Assembly: GCA_028534125.1 (NCBI GenBank)
Contig: CM052817.1
Coordinates: 28,584,001-28,648,000, forward strand
Length of the DNA: 64,000 nt
DNA from: Lama glama
Lineage: Eukaryota
Reading direction: 5' to 3'
Below the pieces are notes generated by a model that saw nothing but the letters and a program-made list of their open reading frames with translations, did not search any database and was not told the origin of the DNA. Positions 26,291-38,565 of this stretch are shown piece by piece. The position numbers were made by a program, and so were the translations under genes. Each line of letters begins with the position of its first letter. The first letter of the stretch is position 1.

Positions 26291-27154
26291 CTCTCCATTT
26301 GACCCAATACAAATACAATAGCAGTAAAAACTGTTGAAAGCATTCCTTGGTACTTAAATTTCTTTTAATGGTTCCCAGATTGTCTCCTTCCTGGAGTTGA
26401 ACTGGGTTGCTAAAATACACGTGGGTGCACACAAATATGTGCACATACTTTTTACTTTAAATGTTAGCATTTCCTGTTATTTTATAAATTGCTCTCTGCC
26501 TGAAAGAGATGGGGGAAAATGTTGCTCAGAGTTGTACTAGACTCAAACACATGAAGTGGGAAAAATAGAAACAAGAATTGGTTAGGTGTCTTCAGTCTAT
26601 TCACCCCTAACTCTGTCACAGACAGGGAATAAAATGGAGACATGTTACCCATGAATAACAGAATTAAACTGAAACAACTCTAAGAATAACTGGGTTGCCT
26701 TTGCCCACTGGCAGCCATGAAAATGGAGAAATAGAAAATCTTACTTGAACTAGCATTCAGAGAAATTTACAGTGTCTCTACATATTTAATTACAAAATAA
26801 ATACATTTATTAATTCCAAATAATTGAATATGAATTTTGAAGTATTGGGATAGCAGTTCTGCACAGAATTTGGAAAACTGTTTCATGTGTAAAAACAAAC
26901 AGGGGAGCATATTTAAGGAAAGTCAGAATAAGGAGAGTAGTATTTCAAAAATCTCAAAAAAGGGGGAGAGAGAGATTCTAACAAATGCCAAGTTTCACGT
27001 GCACTCTCTTTACCGAGAATGCCCTCCTTTCTTGGTTCAACTAGTTCATTATTTCCCTTCAAATTTCAGGGTGATCTTCAGTAGGAAGGCTTCTCTAGAT
27101 ACTGCAGTGGGATGCAGATTTCTCAAATCTTTGCTTGCCCGCCACCCATGGTAG

Positions 27155-27206
27155 TTGCTAGCGTATTGACTTTGATCAAATTGCTAGCGTATTGACTTTG
27201 ATCAAA
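27155..27206. repeat. Perfect 26-bp tandem duplication
   Basis: ttgctagcgtattgactttgatcaaa twice. Confidence 0.95.
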
Positions 27207-27299
27207 ATGTTATTAAATTTGGGCTAAATTTACTCTGCTCTCTTTTGGAGTTCATAGGGATAAAACCACCTCATCTCTACTTAATACAGTTATCTCTCC

Positions 27300-28080
27300 T
27301 TTTCCCCTATTTATTACTACTGATTTTTGTTCTTACTTGTATCATTGACCAGATCAAAATTTCCAAATTATACTAAATAATAATGGTAAAGTAGACATCA
27401 TTTTTTCCCTGAATACAAGGAAAAAGTTTTAAAATTTTGCTTTAAAATATTTTATTAAAGAGGAATCATTCTCTAATACAATTAAATTGAAATTTAAAAC
27501 TTTAGATGCGTCATTTAAGTTACTAGTTTGTACATGTGTTACGTTGACATTATAACTTTTTGTCTTAGTAATTAATATATTTTGTTATCTCATCTTTATT
27601 TGCATTCTTAGACCAAATTGTTTTTGGTAATGTTAAATCACGTTCAGTTGTAGTAGTTAGCATTTCTGTTTAAATTTTTCTAACATGTGTGAAATTGCTA
27701 GGGAGTTTTCTATTTTTAATTATCACTAAGCTGGGGATTAAGGTAATATTAACTTAATATAATGAATTTGCTAATACCACATTGTCTTTGTGACCAAGAA
27801 CAGATAATGTAACTTGATAACCAAATTTCTCTTCCAACTTTGAAAGATTTCACCAGTGAATATGGAAACCCATTATGGCTTTTGCTGTAGTATTTTCCTA
27901 TTTTTGAAAATTTTTCATGAGTTATTGTCTACTAATTTTTATAATTTTGTTATCTCATTTGGTATTGAGTTCTTTCTTTAGAAAATAAGCAATCTCAATT
28001 AATGTATATGATTGTAGTACTTATTACAAAAATTTTACATCTTTTTTCTTTTATTTTGCATGACTTCTTTTCTCTTTTTT
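27300..28080 (-). mobile_element. Highly decayed L1M ORF2 fragments
   Basis: T-rich; 'aataatggtaaagtagacatc', 'agattttcaccagtgaa'. Confidence 0.5.
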
Positions 28081-28249
28081 TCACCCAGAGCTGGTTCTCA
28101 GTTTTACCAATCCCTATATTTTATGATGATTTATAAATCAGTTGAAGTTTGTAATAATTGATTTGGGTGGACAATTCTCACAAATTTCTTAGCCGAGGAT
28201 TCATTCCTTCAAAATAAATCAGTCTGCACTTTCAGATGTCAAGTTGTGT

Positions 28250-28515
28250 TGAGAGACAGTATAGCATGCTAGTTAACCAGATGGGTTCTAGAACCAAACT
28301 TCCTAGGCATGAATGTCAGCTCTACCACTTACCAACTGTGTGATGTTCAGCAAATTATTATACTCTATGTGCTTTAGTTATCTCCTCCACAGAATCAGGA
28401 TGATACTAGGATTTACCTCCTACGGTGGTGTTGAGGATTAAATGCATTGATTTACACACAGCATTTAGAAAATTGTCTGGCACAGAGTGAGGACTCAATA
28501 AATACAAGCAATTGC
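28250..28515 (+). mobile_element. MIR (near full length)
   Basis: 'acagtatagcatgctagttaa..agctctaccacttaccaactgtgtga..gaggattaaatg..tggcacagagtgaggactcaataaat'. Confidence 0.85.
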
Positions 28516-28617
28516 ACTGATTTTTGTTCTACTTGATGGCATAACAATGATTCAAGAAAATACAATGTGTAAGGGTTTATTAATCTGACTCCCTTCTGCT
28601 GCCTGTTTTATTTGCAG

Positions 28618-28720
28618 GTAGGAAAAATGTGCATGAATCAAGCTTGAAAGAAACGAACTCTTCTACCTGTCTGTTTCAATATCTAGGTTTACGACCCATA
28701 ATCATCTCTCTGAGCAATAG
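28618..28720 (+). other. Candidate exon (103 bp), gene unknown
   Basis: Branch-like ctgac, pyrimidine tract, tttgcag| acceptor, tag|gtaagt donor; one open frame. No homology recognised. Confidence 0.25.
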
Positions 28721-31700
28721 GTAAGTGCGGTGACTCGTCAGCATTTCTCTGCATATGCATACCAAATTCCTGACAATGAAATGAAAATACCAGAAGCCAG
28801 AGTATATGTATAAATATCCACTCAAGTAAACAAAAATAACATAACACCTTATAAAACATCACCATGGGATACAAGAGGACCAATATAAACAATCATTTGT
28901 TGAAAATACAGCAGAGCTTTAAGCGAATATAATGGAGCCAGATGCCTTTAGAATTAGCCATAAGGTATGGCGTTTATTGGATGTAACTGGATGCTTATTC
29001 CTCCCGTAACCCTGCAGCAAGACCTTCCGAAGCTAAGCAGATGTAATAGACATGCTAAGTAGGATTCCATCTTTTTTTATGATCTGCACAGGTAGTTACT
29101 TAGTGCCTAAGTGCTTTCAGGTTTTGATGATGACGTATCTGCAGACTACATCAAGCCAGGGAAGCTTGTCAGAGGCGGGGCCAGATGGTACCGAGAGCTT
29201 GATGCTTCCAGGATATGATTCAGAGGCTTGTCCAGGACAAAGGCCTTACATAATTCTGGCTTTCTCTTAGACTTCCCATATTTCACTTACAAGTATTCTC
29301 CATTTCATTCACTTTTCCAAGTATCATCTGTATTTCAAAGATATTTACAGCTTCATTTAACCTGTGATTTATTTTTTTTTAAAGGGTAAACTGAAGTGTA
29401 CCCCATAGGCTAACATACTTGAAAATTGGTTGGAAACACTCTTCACTGCAATGATTTTTCCTTCCCTAAGAAGTAGAAAAAGAAATATGAAAAAATATAA
29501 CCAGCAGAGAGATTTTTTAAAGCATATTCATAAGAATTTATTAAAAATTAATTAGTAATGCATTTGCATTGACATCTTATTGACAGTTTAATTGTTAAAG
29601 TAATCAAAGAAGAGGGCACTTAAGAAGAGTTTGTTTCTGACAACCTTTCATGAAAAGAGAAGCTGCTGACTAAAGTTTCTGTGCAATTAATGCGCCAGCC
29701 CTCAGTGGGACATGAAATTTGTGATATACAGAAAGTGTCAGACTTAACTAATTATAATGTTTGCCTGATGAATAAACTATCAGTATTGATTTTTGCTGTT
29801 TTGTGCTGTTTTTCTAGTGTACAGCCATTGCTGTATTTCTTACCCTCTGAAAAATTAACCCACTCTAAAAAAAATTTTAAGAGTGGCTGTAATTTTCCCA
29901 TAACTGATTTTATTTTATAGAGAAGATGTCCCAAGGCCTAGTCATTCTTCTCTCTAGCATTTCCTGTTCCTGATTCCTGGTTAAGGAGAAGAGTTAGTAA
30001 ATGTCTCACCTCCTTCATGATGAGGAGATACTCTCAGCATCCATGTTAGTGTATGTAAAGGCTGTGTCTGGAGTTTTCTGAATTACTTCAAAAATAGTAC
30101 AATGCAGAAAGTCAGAAAATATAATGACGTTTTATATTGGATACTGAGGTGATAAAAAGAAACCAAAATTTCAAAGCACGTGTCTGAAAATGTGTTCTTC
30201 CTTAGTAGTAAATTTTATTACTATCAAAAGAGAAAGATACGCCTATCAAAGAACTGGCAAGAAAGTGGGGGGTGAGAGCTACGTGCAAATTGTATGTTGT
30301 ACCCTCTACACAACATTACTTCCTAAAGAGGACCAGAACATAGTCTTTGTCATCAAGGAGATTTTAGTCAACTGGAGCAGCAAAGAAATTAATGAAAATG
30401 ATTAAAATTTTAAAATCTCTAAAGATATCAAATACTATCTATTTATAACCCTTGTCAAAAGTTGCCAAGTCATACAGATCTAGACAATTCTTTTATCTGC
30501 ACAAATGTCTTTTTTGATCCAATTATCAAATTTATTTCAAAACTGCTTTAACTTCCAACCTTCTCGAATCCTGAAAAAATAAATCATTAATAATTATAGT
30601 TCTCATAAACAAGGACTTTACTATACCCTAGTTATCTGTGCTCTGTGTTCATTTTTCACTTATTTTTTAAGAAAAAAAAAACTTCAAAAACATGCATTTG
30701 TATCAGGGTACTAGTTTTTGGCCTGGGAACCAAGTAAACAGCAGAGCTGTGCTCTGACCCAGCTGTCTATGATTCCAGAACCTCTGTTCTAGGCAGGATG
30801 ACATACTGCTTCAAGTAAAGCATTTTAACCAAAAAGGATTATTTTCAGCATAAATTTTCTTGTCTCTAAATCTTCTGTTCTCTTAGATGGAAAGAGACTG
30901 GTAGGTTTCTCAGGTGTCTTTGAATTCTGAGAACTATGGTTGATGTGACCTCAGTAGGAAGACATTGTAATATTTTTCCTTTTTCCCTTTGTCTCCTCCT
31001 CAATAAGTAAAATTCTCACATCACACTTCCTTACATTCAATGTCTATATTCCCTATTCTGTATTTGCATTATGTTTTAAAAATCTGAATGTTTTTGCATC
31101 CTGATGGCTGATACTAGAGAAAGTAAGAAAGGAAGTCAACCCAGCAAACTGAGTCGATAGTAGCCCAGCTCACATAATAGTGCTTCTTAGCCTTCATCAC
31201 TAGTTGTTGTCCGTTGCCGTCCCTGTTTATTTTGGAAATTTGTATTAAAACAGAACTCAATCTTAATGAAAAAAATGATGTGAGGCATCATTTTAAGCAG
31301 TTTTAGAAAAGTACTTGAAAATATTCCTTGGGGCACATTTCCAAATTTTCCAAAGTTCCAGAGTTAAAAAAAAAAAAAACTACTTTTTCCTTACACCCAT
31401 AAAAGGGATTATTTCAACACACTATATGGGATTCAAAAAAAGATTACTTTAAAAAGTAATCAGGCAAATTAGGCACTTTGCAATTGTAATTTTACAATTA
31501 CAGCATTATACTACTGAATTAACAACATGGAAAGATCATATATGATGTAACTGATATATTGTATATGTTTCCCAAAGAAAATGATATTATAAAATAATTC
31601 AGTGATAAAGGGCTTAAGAGTCACAAAGATTTTAAAGCATCGCCATCTCAGGAGCCTCTTCTCTTACTGTAAAAATAAGCATCCTGCTTGTCAGAAGAAA

Positions 31701-32115
31701 ATAATACATATCTAATAGCTGGAAGGTTCTATAAGAATTGGCTCTTTTATTCATATACCCATTAACTACTCAAGTTGGTAATCCTCGAAGGGGAAATTCC
31801 ATCTCCGCCCCACCAACTTAATTCTCCTCTTTTCTTATATTGATACGTTAGCCACATAGTCCAGACACTGAAATTGGAAACCACAGAATTGTTTTGGGAT
31901 ATCTGACTTTCCATCTCCCGTGTGATATGATCAGTCTGTTCTCAACATTCCCTCCCTGTCACACCGTAAACACATTTGTTAAATAGAATAGTCTGCTGGC
32001 ACCTCCATGAATTGCTCTCTTTTTTGGACGCTGCAAAATAAAAACATTATGTGCGTTGTACAATATTTACTTGCGTCTTAACCAGTTTCTTTCCAACAGA
32101 CTCACCAAACACGCC

Positions 32116-32149
32116 CATGCACGCGCGCGCGCGCGCGCGCACGCATACA
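32116..32149. repeat. Alternating purine-pyrimidine tract with a (CG)9 core
   Basis: catgcacgcgcgcgcgcgcgcgcgcacgcataca. Confidence 0.9.
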
Positions 32150-32934
32150 GGACTTGAGAACAGCTTATCTCATTTGTTGCCAAGTGTTGCCATTTCTACT
32201 TTCTTATCTTTGATTCCATTTGCCCCCTCCTCAAAAGCCTCACTATTGCTCTACCTTGGGCATTCTTCTGTCTCCAGAATATATCAATTTTTGCTAGAAC
32301 AGCTCCTCGCCTACAACCTTCCCTCCCTCCGGTTCCTTCTCTCCACCAGCCCTTGTAATTCAAACCAGATCAAGTCACTCCCTTGTTTAAAACTTGTATT
32401 CATTCTTGGTAATTTTTTTTTCACTAAACTCCCTATGACTCCATAGTACTGATTTAAGACTTTAAAAAATTGAAATATAAAAATAAAGTATTCTTCACAA
32501 GAAAACTATCCATTATACTGCTTCACTTAGCCTGGGAAAAATGATGCTTTTTTTTTATCGATTAATATCTGAACTGCCAAAGAAACCCATTCAATCGTGT
32601 ATTTTATGTGTTATTCATGAATGATAATTTATAGAGATTATAAAAGAAGTATCCTTAGGAACATTGTATTGTGCTGTAAAGAGGGGTAAAATAAGCCATA
32701 TGTATGGAAATGTTTATTAAGAGCTTCAGTAATAGAATGTGGAAAAACAAAGGGTGAGAATCAAGAGTCAGCGTACTGACAGGTGAAGTGCTTAAGGCTA
32801 GTGTGCTCTGCCTTGATACATCTTAAAATTATCATAACCGTTTCTTTTGCTTTGGTAATGCTCCAATTGACTGAAACCTCTTTGCGACAAGAGCCATATC
32901 CTATTCCTCTTTGGAAGAGAACATTGTGTAATGA

Positions 32935-33160
32935 AAAGAGCATAGTGTTTGCAACCAGGTACATTTGATTTTGAATACAAAGCCAGCTATTCGTTAGATG
33001 TAAGCGACTTTGCAAGTTACTTAATTACCTACGCCAGTTTTCTCCTTCTTAGACTGGAGGTAGTAATAGCTGAAGAATTTATTTAAAGCTTAATAAAATA
33101 AAGTGTATCAAATTCCTTGCAAAAGGACTATCATAATGAAAATCAATAAGTGGTAGTGTT
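32935..33160 (+). mobile_element. MIR
   Basis: 'ctttgcaagttacttaattacct..ccagttttctcc..gtagtaatag'. Confidence 0.55.
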
Positions 33161-34261
33161 TTTTTTTTCAGTAAGTATTTGTTAAATCATTATCTGGTTG
33201 GATTTTTCTCAATAACATTTTGTTGCCAATTAAAATATTAACCATTTAGGGCATTCTCAAAAGATTTAGGAGAGAAAGAAAAAATTCCACGTGATTTTGG
33301 AAAGGCATACAAAGGATAAAAAATGATAAAAGTGAAAAAAAGTTGGGGTAATTAAGCATCATAACCTGTGTACAAAAATGGAAATGTTCTAGGCAAAGCC
33401 TGTCAAAATATTACTGACCAAACATCTTCTCCCATATCCTTTGGATCTTAAGAGTAAATCTCATCTAAATCTTCCCTCTTCAACCCAACCCGAGTATAAA
33501 TTTAAACATGATTGCTGTCTTAGCTTTTGATATCTGCTTTATCTTAACCTCTTGCCTCTGAGAATTCTTGATAATATTTGTGCAGTAGTTCTTTAATCAA
33601 ATTTGAGAGGAATTACTCTCAAAAGTCTGCTTTCAAAAGCAATCATTACATGTAAAAAAAATATTTCTTGCTTAAAACAGTAGCACATGCACAATGTAGA
33701 ATTTCAAACCAAAATTACAAAATTCCACCCCAGCGTAAAGGAAAGCAATACACAAATTTAAAGTGATATGAGTTTCAGGAAAATTTTGAAAAATAGTGTT
33801 GATAAGATGATGTTGATAGAACAGAATTATCTAAACTTGGAATACCAGTTTTGAGGGAAAGAGAGTGTCCAGAAATACTTTACTCAAATACATCATCATT
33901 CAAATATAAAGCCAATACATAGATATTTCAAACAAGAAAAATACAGGAGTTGAAGGAAAATGAATACTTTAAAATGAAACCAAATGGAAGCCAAAAGAAA
34001 GTAGGAAAGAAAAGTGTATGAAAACAACTCTTTAGTGGTGGATTCTAACCAAGCAACACATGTGTCAGGAAGCTCCTAGGACAGGAGTAGGACAGGTTTT
34101 CAAGCCAAAAACTCATCACGCAACGCACACTGCTCTCTGAGATAAAACCCATCAAGAAAACTGGGATCTTTGAACAAACTATTTAGAGACAAAATGCCAA
34201 CACCAAAGGATGAGAGTTAAAAATTTAGGCATGAAGAAGTAATGGTTAGAAAATTGATGGT

Positions 34262-34408
34262 TGCGGAGGGGGATATAGCTCTGTGGTAGATCACATGCTT
34301 AGCAGGCACGAGGTCCTAGGTTCAATTCCCAGTACCTCCCCTAAAATAAACCTGGTTACCTTCTCCCCCACAAAATTTATAAAATAAAAATTAATTAATT
34401 AAGAAAAA
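34262..34408 (+). mobile_element. tRNA-Ala-derived SINE (Vic-1-like)
   Basis: A box tagctctgtggtag, B box ggttcaattcc, 'aataaacctggttaccttctcccc' tail, A-rich end; TSD agaaaattg(a/g)t(g/a)gt at 34248-34261 and 34409-34422. Confidence 0.85.
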
Positions 34409-34429
34409 AGAAAATTGGTAGTGTTATGT

Positions 34430-34695
34430 ATTTCTGAGAAAGTCTCAATCAAATGAATGGGTTTAGATTAACAAAGATAGCATATTAAATAAATCCTACA
34501 TTTCACTGAAATGGTCCAGCTCTATTAATCCTACTGTCCTCAGTCATTGGCTTAGAGCAGTTTAGGGAGATCATGGCTTTGGTGTGGACACTGAAATATA
34601 CTCCAAAGATACTGCCCACCACAGAGGATGATGTCCACTAACTATACTCCTTGCAGAGTATCTGAGTAGGACACTCCCAGGGCTGCCAAATCTAT
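34430..34695 (-). mobile_element. ERVL LTR16-like fragment
   Basis: 'ctcagtcattggcttagagcag..catggctttggtgtggac'. Confidence 0.5.
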
Positions 34696-34822
34696 AAATG
34701 GAGAAAAAACAATTCTGAGTGCAAACGTGGGCTGATTGTTCCAAGAAAACTTGGAAAAATCTTCATGGACTCTGAGAAACTTGTGTGACCTTCAAGAACC
34801 TTAGAAATATTAAAATATACTC

Positions 34823-35188
34823 TGTATCAACTAGGGTTCTCCTAAAGAAACAGAAATATATATTGTTCTAAGACAATCTGTTATGGGGTGAAGGCTGGAA
34901 CTTTTAGGCACAGGTTGACACTGCAATCCACAGATACAATTCTGACTCCTCCTCCCCTTTTCTCCCCCCAACCCCTTTCTTATTCTTGGAAACCTGAGTT
35001 CTGTTCTTAACTTTCCCCCATTAATTGAATCAAGCTCACTCAAATTATCTAGGATAATTTTATTTGCTTAAAGTCAACTGATTATAGATACTAAACATAT
35101 TTACAAAGTACTGTGACAGCAACACAGGGAACAGAGTCTGAATATTTGGGAACTCTAGCCTAGCCAGATTGACAAAACTGACCATAAC
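34823..35188 (-). mobile_element. MLT2-type ERVL LTR
   Basis: 'tgtatcaactagggttctcc..agaaacagaa' through 'ttaaagtcaactgatt' to 'tagcctagccagattgaca'. Confidence 0.8.
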
Positions 35189-35509
35189 GCTGTCTCCTAA
35201 ATGAGACGGTAGATCCTGACCATGAGGAATAATCCCTAAAAAACGAACTTAATTGAGAAGGACAGAAATATTGGAGGTAAGAGTGAAATTTTCCAAATTA
35301 GTTGGCAGAAGAAGCAGATCCCAGAAGAGTCTGTAAGCACCAAATGCAACATCTTAGGATGAGAGCACTCTCTAGTGCAGGAGTATGAGACTGCAGGTGC
35401 TAAACATTCCTAAAGGAGAGCAGCCCTGATGGTAGGGAGCACCTTGAGCCAGGAAGGTGGAAAAGTTACTCCAGAAATCCCCTTTGTACTAGCTCACAAA
35501 GGCCACATA

Positions 35510-35725
35510 CAGGCATGATTTATTTTACTGTGCTTTACTTTCTGTACTTCACAGATACTGTGTTATCTACAGACTGGAGGTTTGTGGCAACACTGCATCA
35601 GGCAAGTCTATCTGCAGCATTTTTCCAACAGCATTTGCTCACGTCATATCTGTATGTCGCGTTTTGTAATTCTCATGATATTTCAACCTTTTAAATGATT
35701 ATTATACTTGTAATGGTGCATGTGA
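35510..35725 (+). mobile_element. Tigger1 5' fragment
   Basis: ta|caggcat..; 'gaggtttgtggcaacactgcatcaggcaagtctatc..catttttccaacagcatttgctcac'. Confidence 0.85.
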
Positions 35726-35729
35726 ACTA

Positions 35730-36380
35730 TTACTTGGAAAGGAATTGTGATAAGTAAATATGTGTATTGTTAACCTTAGGGCAATTACTAAAAATTAAAA
35801 CCAAGAATTATAGTTATAACTACAAGCCTGTCACAAATAAAATGGAAGCATAAAAATATCCCAAAAGATGGCAGGGAAAGAGGATAAAAAGAACGAAGTG
35901 TAGATGGGACACATAGAAAACAAATAGCAAGATAGTAGATTTAGTAGATGTCACATCAGCAATATAATAATGACATAAAATGTGAGTGGTCTAAACCAGA
36001 ATTAGCACACTTTTCCTGCAGAGGGTAAGATAGTAAATATTTTAGGCTTTGTGGCTTCTGTCACATATTATTCTTTGTTTACTGGTTTGTTTGTAGTTTT
36101 GAAAATACTTAAAAAATATAAAATTCACTATTAGTCCAAGGGTCATAGAAAAACAAGTCATGGCTCAAATTTGTCCTGAAAGCCTCAGTTTTTCAACCCC
36201 TGGTATAAAAGCACCTTAAGTAATTAGAAAAATAAAAAGCAAATTTAATGCAAATTAAGAAAAAGAGAAAATATGAAGATAAAAATAGATAACAATAAAT
36301 TAAAAACAGTAATTTCATGAAGAAAACAAAACCCGAAAGCTCATTCCTTGAAAGTATTGATAATATTGAAAAGTTCCTAT
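35730..36380 (+). mobile_element. Old L1M fragments around the ORF2 start, split by MER58
   Basis: 'gatgggacacatagaaaacaaatagcaagatagtagattt', 'aaatgtgagtggtctaaac'. Confidence 0.6.
35997..36202 (+). mobile_element. MER58-type hAT MITE
   Basis: cag..'agatagtaaatattttaggctttgtgg'..'caacccctg'; degenerate 8-bp TSD gtctaaac/gtataaaa. Confidence 0.8.
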
Positions 36381-38051
36381 TTACTAGTTTATCCATGTCA
36401 ATCAATTTACCTATCAGTTGTTTTCTTCCTTCACAGCTTAAGTAGAAATCATACTTATTCACAAGATTATTATTTGAGTAAAACGGCATTTATTAAGATG
36501 TCATAAGTGTATCTGAAGCCTAATCGATGCTAAGTAAATTCGAATCTCTGTCTTTTGATAATGCACCTACTAACAAGTCTCTTCTTGTAATCATGAATGG
36601 TCACCTTCCTCTATTGATTATGACATTCAATTTTCAGTGCATTCTCTACATTACAGCTAGAGAAAATGGGGGAAAATTAACACAACTTGAAGCAGCTCTG
36701 CGGTCTGATCAATATTAGAAGAAGCTAGTTAAGCTGTAATTCACAAGTGGTCAACTTTCCTGGACATTGTTTATCTCACTTCACCATTCAGCTGTCTTCT
36801 CTGAGGCAGACTCAAAAAATCCTATTGAAAATGTACATGGACAATAACATTTTATCAACTTACTGCAGGCAGGAATATTTTCAAATAAGATAACATAGCA
36901 AAGCATCTAACACATTCAAATAACTAGAATTCATAGATAAGAGTAAAAATAAGTGAACTTTTTTTTTTTTAAAGTCATGATATTCCTTATAGACAAGTCA
37001 CTTGGAAGGAAAAGAAGAATGTCAGAAATGTGAAAAACAAAATAATACATTAAAAAGTTATGTTTGGTAATCTCTCTCAAGTGACATAAGGGACTTACTG
37101 AGCATGACAGTGGACAGCTCACCAAAATTCAAACGCTGGCTCTCCAAAGCTGTGGACCAATTGTTTGCCCATTGGCTTCATGAAAAAAGGCAAAATCAGG
37201 AAAACAGCCTAACTGGTCAAAACTAATATATTGCATAGGAGGTATTAAAAATAACAACACAGTGACTGGTCTTTTTCTGAATGTAATTTTATTTTTTAAA
37301 TACTCTCCAATGTATGAACTAAATTTTGATACTTCAGAGACAATTGTAGAAGCAAAAGATAATTTTTAAAAACCATATTTAATCAAGAGAAATTCAGAGT
37401 CCAAGGGACCATTTTACCTACCCTACATATAATATAATTTATAATTATAATTTACAACTATGGTCAATGACTTAAAAAGACCAATATAAACTGCCGATCT
37501 TTGAGTTGCCTTATTATAAAGATGCACTGATTTTTTTAAGATATTTATCAGCAGAAGCATAGAAATGATTTATCTATGCTATGTATTATCTAGGAAAACA
37601 AGCAAAAATTTATCTTTATACCAGCAGCCCTTAGCATTTCCTATTGCTATAGTAAAGGATTGTCTGCTATGGAGTCTCATATTTTCAGTCAAAACATTTG
37701 CATTGATATCCTTAAAAATTTCCTGAATTTACATATTTTAATGGATATTCAGGAGTCATAAATTTATCCCACCATGCAGGACTTCTTATTACTCTAAATT
37801 ATCACTTCTTTTTTTCTCTTTCTTACTCCCTTATTCCCTTTAATAAGAAATTTTAAATTTAAACTATTAAAACTGCTCATCTAGAGAATTTATATCCGAA
37901 GTAGTTATTGCAGACTTTAGTCCCAAACTTGCATTGATTCATTCTTGTATTTCTACAATAAATGTTTATTGAGGGTCATTTATATGCTAGGCCCTGTCTT
38001 AAGTAGGGTATAGCAAGAAGTAAAACAGATAAAAGTGCAATGCCTCATGGA

Positions 38052-38565
38052 TTAGTATATGATTCCATTTACACGAACCTTCAGAAAAGGAAATCCACAG
38101 TGACAGAAAGCAGATTAAGGGGTGGGAAGGGACAGACTGGGATTTCAAAATGTAGAATAGATAAACAAGATTGTACTATGTAGCACAGGGAAATATATAC
38201 AGGATCTTGTGGTGGCTTACAGCGAAAGACAATGTGACAATGAATGCATGTATTTTCACATATAACTGAAAAATTGTGCTGTACACTGGAATTTGACACA
38301 ACATTGCAAAATGACTATAACTCAATAAAAAAAAAAGTTGACCCCCCCAAAAAAAGAAAGCAGATTAATGGTGGCCTGGGTCTGGAGGTGGGAGTCAGGG
38401 GTGACTGCAGTGAACACAAGAAATTATATTTGGGATCTAGTCTACCTCTGAATTGTGGTGACATGTGTACAACTTTGCATTTTTACTAAAAATAATTGAA
38501 GTTTACACGTACATGGGTGTATTTGATGGTATGCAAATCATATTTCAATAAAATGTTTAGGAAAA
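38052..38565 (+). mobile_element. Old L1MC/ME-type 3' end
   Basis: 'tatatgattccatttac..agaaagcagattaatggtggcctggg..gtatgcaaatcatatttcaataaa'. Confidence 0.75.
38119..38354 (+). mobile_element. Young L1 3' UTR (camelid-type), heavily 5'-truncated
   Basis: Homologous to 12484-12700; exact 14-bp TSD agaaagcagattaa at 38105-38118 and 38355-38368. Confidence 0.92.
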
